64,000 nt of DNA from Carcharhinus amblyrhynchos (lineage: Eukaryota). The notes beneath the pieces were generated by a model. It was given only the letters and a program-made list of their open reading frames with translations. It did not search any database and was not told where the DNA came from. Made by a program: the position numbers and the translations under genes. The stretch covers positions 12,772,001 through 12,836,000 of the forward strand of contig OZ336872.1 of NCBI GenBank assembly GCA_965287045.1, read 5' to 3'. Below, piece after piece: positions 24,830-37,669 of this stretch. The number at the start of each line of letters is the position of its first letter. Position 1 is the first letter of the stretch.

Positions 24830-25110
24830 ATGACTATTGGCTCTCTTCCACATTCTTCCTTTGGGACAAAGATACAGAAGTCTGAGGTCACGTACCAACC
24901 AACTCAGGAACAGCTTCTTCCCTGCTGCTGTCAGACTTCTGAAAGGACCTACCTTGCATTAAGTTGTTCTTTCTCTACATCTAGCTATGACTGTAACACT
25001 ACACTCTGCACTCCTTCCTTCTCTATGAATGGTATGCTTTGTCTGTATAGTGTGCAAGAAACAGTACTTTTCACTGTATACGAATACATGTGACAATAAT
25101 AAATCAAATC
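24830..25110 (+). mobile_element. Rex1/Babar-like 3' end
   Basis: Ends in ACAATAATAAATCAAATCAAA. Confidence 0.75.
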
Positions 25111-25699
25111 AAAAAAGGTAAAGATGATTAGGCAGCGATATTGGGAATAAATGAGTAAATAGAATCTATGTAGAGAGGAGCCATGATTTAATTCAATCAC
25201 AGGAGGATCAAGAGACTGCAGGCCTTAACGTTTGCTATGTTCCGATGAAGTATTAGTTTTGGCTTTGGGAGGGTTGGAGCAGACACAGGGCTGAATAACC
25301 TCTTCCTGCCCTTAACAATTCTGTATGCACGCCCTGCAGTGGAATTCAAAACCATGCCTGACCTATAGGAGAGTGGACTAGCACTTGGACAATCCAACAT
25401 GTAGCTGGAAAAGAAAGATCTTCCATAATAAACCAAAGACATAATTTGCCTCTTTGCCCCAGCAGAATCTGCGAGCTGTTTCAGGATCTTGCAGCACCAC
25501 GATCCGAACATCTCTTTTACCTCGGTTATGTATGGGCGTTCTTAACAAGTTCCAAAGAAACAAATTGGCTGCCTAACCAAATTTAACAGCCCTTTATCAT
25601 AGTAAACCTTGTGATGTGCTTTTCAGACTTAACTATTTATGCAGTTCCCCAAAATCCAAATTTAGAAGGAATATCAGGCTAAACCATCCTAACAAGACA

Positions 25700-26355
25700 A
25701 AATCTAACCATCATCCCTTGACTCTCAATGGGACTACCATTGCTGAATTCTAGCTATGTAAATACTGTGGCTACAATAACAGTTCAGAGGCTAGGAATCC
25801 TGCAGAAAGTATCGCAGCTCCTGACACCCCAAAGCCTGTCCACCATCTACAAGGTCTCAGTCAGCTGTGTGTTGGATGGAATACTCCACTTATTTGGATA
25901 AGTGCAGCTCCAACAACACTCAAGAAGTTTGACAACATCCAGGGGGAAGCAACCTGCCTGATTGATACTCCTTGCACAAACATTCACTCCCTGCACCACC
26001 ACTAAACAGCCATGTGCACTGCAGGAACTCAGCAAGGTTCCTTAGGCAGCACCTTCCAAGTCACAGCCACTACCATCTAGAACAAGGGTAGCAGATACAT
26101 AGGGACACCACCACCTGGAGATTCCCCCTCCAAGTCACTTATCACCCTTGCTTGGAAATATATTGTTGTTCCTTTACTGTCACAGGGTCAAAATCCTGAA
26201 ATGCCCTCCCTAATTGCACTGTGGATATAACTACATCTCAGGGAGTGCAAAGACTCTGGAAAGCAGCTCACCACTCATTACCTTCTGAAGGGCAAATAGG
26301 GATGGGCAATAAATGCTGGCCTAGTCAGAGATACTTACCTCATTAATGAATAAGC
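25700..26355 (+). mobile_element. LINE 3' portion (third family; shares its tail with SINE-2)
   Basis: Degenerate ORF2 C-terminus (LSTIYK..., CTSNTQ region) and tail AGGGATGGGCAATAAATGCTGGCC. Confidence 0.65.
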
Positions 26356-26504
26356 AAAAATACAAAGAAAAAAATTAATGAGACGTGTAAAACCTGAGGC
26401 TGTGAGTACATAGATATCGTAAGATTCTTAAACAATGCTTTAATAAAGTGTCTTTATATACATCAATACTGAAGAAATTTCTTGCATGTTTTGTTTCTTA
26501 ATCT

Positions 26505-27690
26505 AGAACATAGAACAGTACAGGCCCTTCAGCCCTCGATGTTGTGCTGAGCTATGTCCAATCCCAAGATCAAGCTATCCCACTCCCTATCATTCTGGTG
26601 TGCTCCATGTGCCTATCCAACGACCGCTTGAAAGTTCCTAAAGTGTCTGACTTCACTATCACAGCAAGCAGTGCATTTCACACCCCAACCACTCTGAGAA
26701 AAGAGTCTACCTTGGACATCCCTCCAATATCTCCCACCATGAACCTTATAGTTATGCCCCCTAGTAACAGCTAAATCCACCTGAGGAAATAGTCTCCAAA
26801 CGTCCACTCTATCTATCCCCCTCATCATCTTATAACTTTTATTAAGTCACCTCTTATCCTCCTTCACTCTAACGAGAAAAACCCCAGCTCCCGCAACCAT
26901 TCCTCACAAGGACAACCCTCCAAACCAGGCAGCATCCTCGTAAATCTCCTCTGCACTCTCTCCAATGCTTCCACACCCTTTTTATAATAAGGTGACCAGA
27001 ACTGCACACAATATTCCAGATGCGGTCTCACCACGGTCCTGTATAGTTGCAGCATAACCCCACAGCTCAAACTAAAACCCCCTGTTAATAAACACTAATA
27101 CAATATAAGCCTTCTTCATGGCTCCATCCACCTGAGTGCAACCTTCAGAGATCTGTGGATGGTGAACCCCAAAATCTCTCTGTTCCTCCACACTCCTCAG
27201 AACCCTGCCGTTGACCCTGTAATCCGCTTTCAAGTTTGTCCTACCAAAATGAATCACCTCACACTCATCAAGGTTAAACCCCTTCTGCCACTTGTCAGCC
27301 CAGCTGTGCAGCCTACAAGAACCCTCTACCTCATCCACTACTGCACCAATCTTGGTGTCATCAGCAAATTTACTAACCCATCCTTCAGCCCCCTCTTCCA
27401 AGTCATTGATAAAAATCACAAATAGCAGAGGACCCAGCACTGATCCCTGTGGTACACCACTGGTAACTGGCCTCCAGTCTGAAAATTTTCCCTCCACCAC
27501 CACCCTCTGCTTCTATGAGATAGCCAGTTACTAATCCAATCGGCTAAATTTCCTTCTATCCCACACATCCTTACTTTCTTCATGACCCTACCATGGGGAA
27601 CCTTATCAAACGCCTTACTAAAATTCATGTATACAACATCAACTGCTCTACCTTCATCTACACACTTAATTACCTCCTCAAAAAATTCAA
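26505..27690 (-). mobile_element. CR1 LINE RT and 3' end
   Basis: FSKAFDKVPHGR; [20 protein letters not shown]; KFADDTK; [13 protein letters not shown]. Confidence 0.92.
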
Positions 27691-28161
27691 TCTACAGGAT
27701 GAGTTTGGGTCTCTCTTGAAAAATGTCCTAGGAACCAGTAAGAATGGCATTTGCGGTCACCTGGAGCACATGCTCTCAGATTGAGAGGTAGCACATGGTG
27801 GCAAACATCAGACTAATCTTAAACAGGAAGATGCATGTCAGAACAGCAGTCAATCAAGACAAAGTCACTGGGGTCCTACTAAAAAGTATTTTATTAATTT
27901 GGTCTTTTACTTGTTTTTACACCAGGTAACATATTGTAAGAAACATACATGGTTGCAATGCATCTGGCCTCATTACAAACTAAAGAGAAGTGTGGGCGTG
28001 TGTAAGTAACGATGACAAAATCTAGTCACATATTGTCAGATAGTAAATCCCCGTCCCCCCAAAAAAAGGTTAATTTTACTCTTAGGAAAACTGGTTGCAT
28101 ATCATCTGAGCCAACACATGGATATCAGAAAAAGCTTGAACAAAAGAAATTAACAAAATAT

Positions 28162-28167
28162 TTTATT
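28162..28167 (-). terminator. Candidate distal polyadenylation signal of GNAI2
   Basis: AATAAA on the minus strand, followed by a U/GU-rich downstream tract (plus strand caaaagaaattaacaaaa). Confidence 0.45.
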
Positions 28168-30574
28168 GAATGTTTTGAACCTTCCTTCATATATTTAGAA
28201 CTTTTTAATTCTCAGAATACAAAGTTTCTATAATTAGCTCCTCCCCAGCTACGGACAGTTTCTATTCAATCTACTTTTATGATGCAAGCATTAGAATGAC
28301 TTCATTCAAGAAAAAAAAAACAAAACTTAAATACAGAATAGCTGCAAAGAGCTTTAAGAGTTTTTTTTCAGCAAATTGAAGAATTGCAGGTGTCTCAGGA
28401 ACTTTTGTCTTTGTTGACTGAATGAAATCGCCCAATTTAAATTAGCTTTCAAAATTGCATTGCTGAACTCAAATTACTATATCCGAAAAAGTCTGTAACA
28501 CACTGCTTATGCGTGCTTCACTCTCTCAAAAGTTTTTATCCCCCATTGCCAAAGATTATGGCCTCGATACCAGGGTTCAAATCTTACTCATGCTCCAAGT
28601 ATTAGCTGCTCAAACTGCATCATTTAATCAAACAGTCGTTAATAAAAGGTGAGAAATCACCATTTTTCCAATTAGGTTTAAAAGATGGTGTCTAATCCTA
28701 TTTAAACTTCAAAACTTGGGGTTTCTAACAAAGCAAATCGGAAAAATTTGGTTAATATCCGGAACATTAAAAGTACTACCGTGTCAGGGGTTTATTATGT
28801 CAGGCTTTCATAAAAAATACTCATCAACCTGTCTCAACTTTGTGCTTAAATGGATTACTGTACATAAAACATATTACAGAGTTACACAAGACACAGAATA
28901 AACTGGAATCTTTTAAAATCTAGAAATCTTAATTACATCCAAGTGCAACCAAGATAAACCCCTCTGCTAAATTTACAAAAGTCATACGCTTAACGTCCAC
29001 TCGTAATTGATGATTTGAAGGAATATAAATAGTCAAAGCTCTTCGCACAGAGGAAGAATTGCCTGAGAAACACAAGTTGGAACTTGAAAAGCCACCACTA
29101 GTGCTCACAACCTGCAAGATGCATTGCATTTATAGAAAATGGTGTACATGAAATGGAATGGAACTTAGCAACTACAAAGAAAATAAAAGCCCACAGAAAA
29201 CTATTAAAGCATTCATCAATCTGCTGCAACAATCCTGGTGACCTCCTCAGTCATTAAGTATTTTTTAATTACACAACCTCTTCTAAGCAAAGGGAGCACA
29301 GCAAGCTACTAAATAAAACTGACAAGATACTTGTACGGACAATAAATGGCCTTGAGCTTCAACTTTTCAGCCACTGGGTATCACCACAACCATAATGCAG
29401 GTCTATTTTCTCTGATTAGTATTTTCAATTACTTGGCCCTAAATTGGCTCTGAACCAGTTTGCAAAAAAACTGGAAATATGTTCGGATGAACATGAGGTG
29501 AATGAATAGAGCTTCAAAAGGCCTGAGTAGGGTGTCAAGCACCTGATAAACAGAAGAGAAGTGTGTGCAGTGTCCCTTTAAGTTCAGGTTGGGGCAAACA
29601 TCACCAAGTTAGTTCCTACCATTACCAATACAAACAAGATCTATCAGCACAATGCCTGGAAGCAGTCCTTGTGATTTGGGATACTCTAAGTGATACAGAT
29701 TTTGCTTTGCAGGACACACACCTGAATGTCTTGAACGTCACAGGTGTATCTAGTGATTACTGAAAGAGGTGGTTGCTTAGATGAAGATTCTTAGCTGAAG
29801 AGAAGAATTTTGGTGCAATGCTTTTCGTTAGTAATTCAGTAATGAAGTTCCAGATAATTGTTAAGCATTGGTCACAAGGCAGGAATGCATCGTTCTTAGT
29901 TGATGTTCATAGTGTTACGTTGCCATTCAAACATTGCTCTGTTCAGTTGTCACATCACTTACTAGATGAATGCTATAATTGAGGCCATCAATTCCATCTA
30001 CATTAGGACACAGGTCAAGACAGGTAAGGCAGATGCGAAGAGTAGAGAGATATTACAGCCATCACAAAATGTCCTCAACAGATTTAAGTTTAATTAAAAC
30101 TTTACACAAGTCCATTTCCACAATTGCGGAGTGGCTTTGTAGGGACTATAAAGACACAAATAAAATAGAGAAGCAGCCAGGTAAGTAAGTATGAATAGAT
30201 TTTGGATGGATACTGCTATCATTCTATAACACAGTCAGGACTGTCCAAGGAAGGTACTGACAGAAGTTGGGGGAGGGAACATTTTTTTGCAGTAAAAAAA
30301 AGGGCCTGAAAAATGTATCGAAGAAATCCTGATCGGCTTAAGATTAAGGTCCAGTAGGTGTGGCAACATCCCAGTTAGTACTTAAAGAATTAATGCTGCT
30401 AACAGTAAGAAACATAATTTTGGACAGAATGTCCCCTTTTGAGTAAGATGAATACACCATCAAGCTGGTCCTGTCCATGATAGAGCACCTTTCACTCAGA
30501 CAAGCCAAAGTAACCATTTGCATCGAACATTAAGGGGAAAGGAAAACTTAACCATTAAAATTAAGCAGAACAGC

Positions 30575-30600
30575 TGTAAACAAAGTTATATTCAAGGCAC
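30575..30600 (-). promoter_or_regulatory. Adjacent miR-124 (GUGCCUU) and miR-30 (UGUUUACA) seed-match sites in the GNAI2 3'UTR
   Basis: Minus strand reads ttttGTGCCTTgaatataacttTGTTTACAgctg. Confidence 0.55.
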
Positions 30601-32189
30601 AAAACTTACTGCAGCAAAATTCATATCAGTACATTGTGGATTACTTACATTTTAAATATGTTAAATGAATTTGCAGCTTAGTAGCTAATAAAGCCTCTCT
30701 TAAGCAAACTTTTGAAAACTATTAAAATCCGTTAGGAATGTATGCTGGTTGTGCAAATGTAAAGAATAGGAGACATCTATGTTTTACATGCAACTTGGCT
30801 GACAAACTCTCACACACAAAGGAACAACTTTTTTTTGCCAACAGGGAAACCAGCAGGTTGGTGCAATGACCAGTTTTTGCTAAGCTGTTGTGTTTTTGTT
30901 TGAAAGGTGATCACACTTATAACTTCTTACATGCTTAAAACAATCAACAAAAAGGCATCCATGCCTGACATAACCAGAAAACGGAGAGTTCCACTAACAC
31001 TAGCAAAGCACTCGCTAATTGAGCTCAAGGACGTCTGCACTCTTCCAAAACAAGGCATTTTCGTAAAAAATAAAATTAATTAAATAGTAAAAATTCTGCA
31101 TCATCAGGAGATAAAAAGATTGGGAAAGTTGGCAATGCATTGATGGTCTTAAGTCTCTTGTAAAAAGCAGTTAAAAGCAGAAAGCTGATTTTATTGGTGC
31201 AGTCCTTCCTCTGGGATCCTCCATACTGAGCAGTTCAAGTAACTCTGAAACAAAACAGATCAAAATCAGTAAGTGTAAAGTGCGGCACGGCTGTTTTATT
31301 GCATACGTAATACCCCCTGGCATAAGTGTGCATTCTTATCTGTTATTATTGTGAAAGGATTATTGTACAATAAATCAAAGATGTAGAAATGATTACATTC
31401 CAGCTTGTGTGGTCCCCACAGGATGGAGAACACAGCATCCTAATCATTTAGAGACAAGAGCTACAAGAAGATCTGTTCCACAGATTAAGGTGTGATGGGT
31501 GCTGTACGAAGTAAAGTACAAATACCTTCAGAATATCATACACAGAAAATATATTATCTCCCTGCATCAATCAGGAAGACAAATCCCAATGTCACTGTAC
31601 CAAGTTACATGGTTATTGCAACATTGCTTCCAAAATGATAGGATTCCCTTCATTGGAGTATGAATAACAATATATAATCATGGCAAGCATGAACTTTACT
31701 ATCAGGAAAGCCACAAACGTGATCAACACTTCAGGTTTTACGATATTAATGCTGTTCAAATAAGATTATTGTTGAGATTATTTACTACTCAATGAACTGG
31801 GAGCTCATTTGGCATGGATATAAAAGTAGAAAATATCAACGAAGTCACATGCCAATAGAAAGGATGGCACTGCAGAGATTCAGCATCAGACAGGTTGCTG
31901 CAGTGATTGGATTCAATTGGATTTTTGATGGCAGTAGTTATACTTTTCACCATAAAGTTCTCCAAGACAGTACCTGGAGCTTAAACTTCATGTTTCAACG
32001 TGAAGGGTTGATTGAAATAAAACAAGTGTCCACACAAACGCTGAGCAGTTTGATTCCTGTTTTTTTCCGAAACATAAAAATAAAAATCAGCTACCACCAA
32101 TTCCTTGGACAGAGCAGGGGAAATTTTACTCTACATAACCTCATACGGTATGTGTGTTGGGAGTGGTTGATGAACAGTGTAGATTGCCA

Positions 32190-32508
32190 TATAGCACCAG
32201 GGACCCAGGTTCGATTCCAGCCTTGAGTGACTGCGTGGAGTTTGCACGGCCTCCTAGTGTCTGTGTGGGTTTCCTCCGGAAGCTGCAGTTTCTTTTCACG
32301 GTCCAAAGATGTACGGGTTAGGTGGATTGGCCATGCTAAAGACCCCTTAGTGTCCAAAGGTGTGTAGGTTGGGGGGATTAGCTGAATAAATGTGGGGGGA
32401 CTGCAGGGATAGGGTAGAGAGGTGGGCCTGGGTAAGATGCTCTGTCAGCGAGTTGGCGCAGACATGGTGGACCGAATGGCCTCTTTCTGCACTATAGAGA
32501 TTCTATGA
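32190..32508 (+). mobile_element. V-SINE, tail A (5' truncated)
   Basis: B-box, V-domain and tail. Confidence 0.8.
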
Positions 32509-32729
32509 TCCATCAACGATCGTTCTGGTACATGAAAAGTGACTTCAATAATCCAACTGAGCTATAAAGACTATAATTCAGGAAAGTGATCCAGAGTAGG
32601 GCCCTGGATGAATTCTGCTCTTTATCCCAGAGGTGCTGATACCATTTGCTGCTTTCTGTATTGTTGCTCTAGCAAAAGTAAGCTAAACCACCTCACCATC
32701 ATTTTATCATGTTAGCATTCACGACGACA

Positions 32730-33325
32730 GGGCCAGGATACAAGAGCAGGGATGTACTTCTGAGGCTATATAAGGCTCTGGTCAGATCCCATTTGGAGTA
32801 CTGTGAATAGTTTTGGGCCCCATTTGTAAGGAAGGATGTGCTGGCCTTGGAAAAGATCAAGACGAGGATCACAAGAATGAAAAGTTTGTCGTATGAGCAA
32901 CAGCTGGGGACTCTGGGTCTGCACTCACTGGCGTTTAGGAGGATGAGGGGGGATCTTATTGAAACTCACAGGATACTGCAAGGCTTGGATAGAGTGGATG
33001 TGGAGAGGATGTTTCCGCTAGTAGGAAAAACAGAACCAAAGAGCACAAATTCAGTGTAAAGGAACGATCTTTTAAAACAGAGATGAGGAGGAATTTATTC
33101 AGCCAGAGAATGGTGAAACTGTGGAAATCTTTGCCACAGAAGGCTGTGAAGGCCAGGTCATTGAGTGTCGTTAAGACAGAGATAGATAGGTTCTTGATCA
33201 ATAAGGGGATCAAGGGTGATGGGGAAAAGACAGGAGAATGGGGATAACAAAAATATCAGCCACGATTGAATGGTGGAGCTGTTGGCCTGAGTGGCCTAAT
33301 TCTGCTCCTATGTCTTATGGTCTTA
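32730..33325 (+). mobile_element. CR1 3' fragment
   Basis: RMRGDLIETHRILQGLDRVDVERMFPLVGK; (TCTTATGG) tail. Confidence 0.88.
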
Positions 33326-34060
33326 TTAGGGAGGGGCAACAAATGCGGGCCTTGTTAGCGACACTCACATTGTCTGATAAAGAATAAAAAGCATTTATTT
33401 TTAAATTGGCACATTCCGGGAACAAACCAGAGATGTTCTTGCCTGCACAGGTCAGCTGAGCCCTGGATTGCCCCAAGCTTTCAATGATTGACAGTCCCTG
33501 CCCACATCATTATCCCGATGAAAGGCTCCTTCTCTCCCAAATTTATCAAGCTAGACATGTCCTCCAAAATTAAAAACACCCTGCCTGCCCCGTTCATTCA
33601 GTATTAATGACTATTTTTAATCACTGTAATTTATCAAGTCCCAAGGTTAGTCATGTGGACAGCTGCATATGTGGAAATATGGATAGATATCATTTCACTG
33701 CAGCCAAGATCATGTTTTTTTTCCAGTTTCTGAAATCACAGAACGGAATTAAAATGCTACAATGCAGAAACTGGGGTAGAGTCAGTCCAGTTTTATTACC
33801 CGTCTAAATTACCACAAGTCACATCATCCTGTTCATCCACTCTCTTCTCTCTTCCATGTCCTTCAGAACTCCTCTCATTCAAGCTATTCAACTGACTTAT
33901 GAACTTTACAAACTCTGTCCGTGGCACGGGCTTCCACATTTTATTCATTCACTGAAAGTTTTTTAATTTCCTCTTTAACTCGTTGTCATCAAGAAATTAC
34001 AGAGCAACAGGAATAGGTAATTCAGCCCTTCGAACGTTCTCCGCTATTCAGTAAGATCTC

Positions 34061-34368
34061 AGAATCCCTATGTTGCAGAAGGAGGCCATTCAGCCCATCG
34101 AGTCTGCATCAAAAACAATCCCACCCAGCCCCTATCTCCGTAACCCCACCTATTTACACTACTAGTCTCCCTGACACTAAGGGGCAATATATCATGGCCA
34201 ATCAACCTAACCCACACATCTTTAGATTGTGGGAGGAAACTGGAGAACCCCGAGCAACCATGCAGATATGAGGAGAATGTGCAATACCACACAGACAGTG
34301 ATGCGAGGCTGGAATTGAACCTGAGTCCCTGGTGCTATGAGGCAGCAGTGCTAGCCACTGTGCAGCCC
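34061..34368 (-). mobile_element. V-SINE, tail A
   Basis: Full copy on the minus strand. Confidence 0.85.
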
Positions 34369-35512
34369 AGTCATGGCTAATCTGAAAATGATCTCAAATC
34401 CACTGTACAGCTACGACCACCACCACCCCGTTCTAGTTGCCCCAACAAATGGAAGCATCCTACCAATCGCTATCTACCTTATCAAGTCCCTTCAGGATGT
34501 GTGATACGTGCTGATTGGTTGGCAGCAGACTCTAGTAGAGGTGTTGTTATGGAGAACTAGAACTATGTACTAGATGATTGACAGTTAACTACCAAGCACT
34601 GAAATTTAAACCAAGTAGTTTGATCTTGATTGGTCAAGGCATTGTCCTGAGAAATGAGTCACTGAATGGTCGTCACCTATTTTGTTTAGCTGAAACAAGC
34701 ATGATGTCTGTACAAGTTCTGTCTGCAAAGAACTGCGTAGCTTCCAGTAAACATTGTGTCTCAAATTTTACAAACATCTCTTCATTGGTGGTGCATCTTA
34801 TCCAAGATATTTGTTTTCACCTCATAAACCCCAATTCTGCAGCCTCACTTCTTCTCTGCGTTGCTTCACTGTTTGTCCCAACCTCACTTCCATGTGTCAA
34901 AATCAGGCAGAACTACCTGCCTCCAATAAACAAATCAGTTCCTTTATGTTGAATTCTTGCTATAATCAGCAATTTGTGCACAAGAGGTATTTCTCTATAA
35001 TTTTGGCACACTGGTTTCTCTGAGGGTATGTCTCTGAGTTAATCACAAGAAAAATCTGAAAATGATCGGAGGATCAGCAGCTAGAAGGACCCATTTCCAG
35101 CAACGTCAGAACACTTCAAGGTTGATATACCATGTTCTAGGATACAGTTTAAGGAAAATGTCTCTCCATTTTTTTTCTTTCAATGGTTTACATGAATACA
35201 AAATAGTTCTATTGCCTACAGTTTCTCATACAATGCGATGTAGAAAGGAGTAAACATCCCTGATAGGTTAAGCCCATATCTCAGCATCTGGCGTTTTTGG
35301 TAATCATTACAGCACAACAAGCAACGTCCATCTATGTCAAGGGAAACCAAACTTGATGAGAATCTCATTAATAAGGGCTCTATTTTGGCCCCTTGCTCGC
35401 AAAACTTCAGGCTGAATGCACAAGGATAAAAGAATATTGGTTTTAAGAATATGTGATGATTATCTCTTTAAGGAGCAAACTGAAGAGCAAGGGTCTCCTA
35501 GGGAACCAATCG

Positions 35513-35704
35513 AGCAGCACAGTGGGGGATCACCCTGGTAAGGTGCCCCTTACTATCCTGAGATGCGTAGGTTAGAGGGATTAGTGGGTAAAATATGTAG
35601 GGATATGGGGGGGGGGGGGGGGGGCCTGGGTGGGATGGTAGTCGGTGCAGACCCGATGGGCCAAAGGGCCTCTTTCTGCACTGTAGGGTACTATGATTTC
35701 TATG
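35513..35704 (+). mobile_element. V-SINE tail-A remnant with an 18-nt G run
   Basis: Tail-A sequence; V-domain deleted. Confidence 0.7.
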
Positions 35705-36371
35705 ATAAGTGCCATACTCAGTGCCATCTCGAGAGCTGATTGCAGCCACAAGTTTACAACCTCTGTATAGTTTAACCTGTCAATGAACGAGTTGTGTTTT
35801 CCCTAAATTGGGGAATGAGCTTCCTTATGGAACATCAGGCAACAATTGCAGGGCCACCCTTTCTTGCGCTGCATGTTGGTTCTCTAAATCACTATTATTG
35901 GAATAACTGATTTTCTCTAGTCAAAGAAATCATTGCATTGACAGCACAGAAAGAGGCCATTCGCTCCATGATGTTTACTCCAGCCAGAAAGCCATCATCC
36001 AGTCTAATCCCAATTTCCAGCTCTAGGTCTATACCCAAGTAGCTTACATCACTTGAAGGGCACATCTACGTATGTTTTCAATGTTACGAGAATTTCTGCC
36101 TCTATCACCTTTTATACAGCCAGTTTCAAATTCGTGACATTCTGTGGTGAACAACTGTCGCTTTGATTCTCTCTAAACCTTATGCCTTACTCTAATTCTA
36201 TGCCCGCTGGTAATTGATCCCTCAGTCAACGGTAATGGGGCCTTCTTATCCCCTCTACCCAAGCCCTTCAATTTTCTACACTTCAATTAGGTCTGCCCTC
36301 ACCACCACTGTTCCAAAATCACTTGAAGCTGAAGTCATGTAAGGCAAGAGTGGATGTTACCAGGAATTTCT

Positions 36372-36540
36372 GAATGGACCCACCTCTCACTAAGTTGATC
36401 TTTCTCTACACCCTAGCTGTGACTATAACACTACGTTCTGCACTCTCCTTCTCTATGAACAGTTTGCTTTGTCTGTATAGCGTGCAAGAAACAATACTTT
36501 TCATTGTATACTAATACATGTGACATTAACAAATCAAATT
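36372..36540 (+). mobile_element. Rex1/Babar-like 3' tail
   Basis: Matches 24935-25110. Confidence 0.75.
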
Positions 36541-37104
36541 TTGTTATTATGTTATTGCAAACTGGAGAATAAAATCTCCAGAGCAATTAGGGATGGGAAA
36601 TCAAGTTAGCCTTGCCAGCAATGCTCATGGACAAACAATGAATTTTTTACTTTGCTCTTAAATTATTGCCAGGACATGACCACTTGGAGGCATGATCCTT
36701 TTCAGTGATTGAACTGAGACAAGCTGGAACATGCGTCAGTTCACCTCCTATCACCACCCACCGTGAAAAAAAAACAGCCTTAGAGGGAAAGGAGTCAAAC
36801 TGACCACAAAAGACGGGATTGGATTGGTGCTGCATTATCACCACATTAGAAACAACATACAGTCTGCCAATTAGTGCAGTTTTATGAACACCAACACGAT
36901 TTGGATTGTAGCACCTCAGATCTATCACACTGTCCTACTCAGAAGCTTCACAGCTCTCATTTATCCTCCAGCTTTACAATGCCTTTTCCACAGTTTAAGT
37001 AATGCTTTTAAATCACTGAAATTGTCCATCCTCTTCCTATCTTTTCTTTTGGACAGGGCTTCTCTGATTACAGAAAATTCCTGAGATGACAGACTGCATC
37101 AAAT

Positions 37105-37466
37105 CCAGTATCCGTGGGAATTTAGAAGAACGAGAGTGGCTTCAATAGAAACACATAACATTGAGGGTTGGTCAGACTCGATGCAGGGATGTTTTAATTC
37201 CACAGGCTGGAGGGTCACAGTCTTAGGATACAGGGTAGGCCATTTCGGACTGAGATGAGGTAAACTTGTGGATTTTGTTACCACAGAAAGCTGTGGAGGC
37301 CAAATCACTGAATATATTTAAGCAGAAGATTTCTAGACTCTAAAGGCGTAAATGGGTATGAGGAGAGTGCAGGAATATGGCACTGAAATGATTAGCCATG
37401 ATAATATTGAATGGCAGAACAGGGTCAAAGGGCCAAATGGCTTACTCCTGCTCCTATTTTCCATGA
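37105..37466 (+). mobile_element. Old CR1 3' fragment
   Basis: GAATTTAGAAGAACGAGA...ATGGCTTACTCCTGCTCCTATTT. Confidence 0.75.
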
Positions 37467-37669
37467 TTCATCGGGTACCCTGCTGACACACGTAACCCAA
37501 CATCACTGACAGATTGCCAAATTGATTTCACTTACAGGCGAGTGAATTCGGGCAGCCAAGTTCATTGCATACTCAAAAATACCCCACATCAGCACTTTAT
37601 AACATCTTTAAATAAATGGTTATCTTGGTTAGATGCATCAGATTCATCCAACAAGGAGCAGAAAACAAG

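Larger units (their letters stand above)
28140..31244 (-). other. GNAI2: Probable terminal non-coding exon (long 3'UTR) of GNAI2
   Basis: Minus-strand acceptor cttactgattttgatctgttttgtttcAG with a branch-like element; exon starts at 31244. About 3 kb AT-rich with no recognisable repeats. Minus-strand AATAAA at 31190-31195, 28791-28796, 28162-28167 and 27890-27895. Confidence 0.65.

Noticed and set aside
34499-34925. Possible LTR-like or other dispersed repeat with CCAAT boxes
   Set aside because: No second copy, termini or TSD in the window to support a call.
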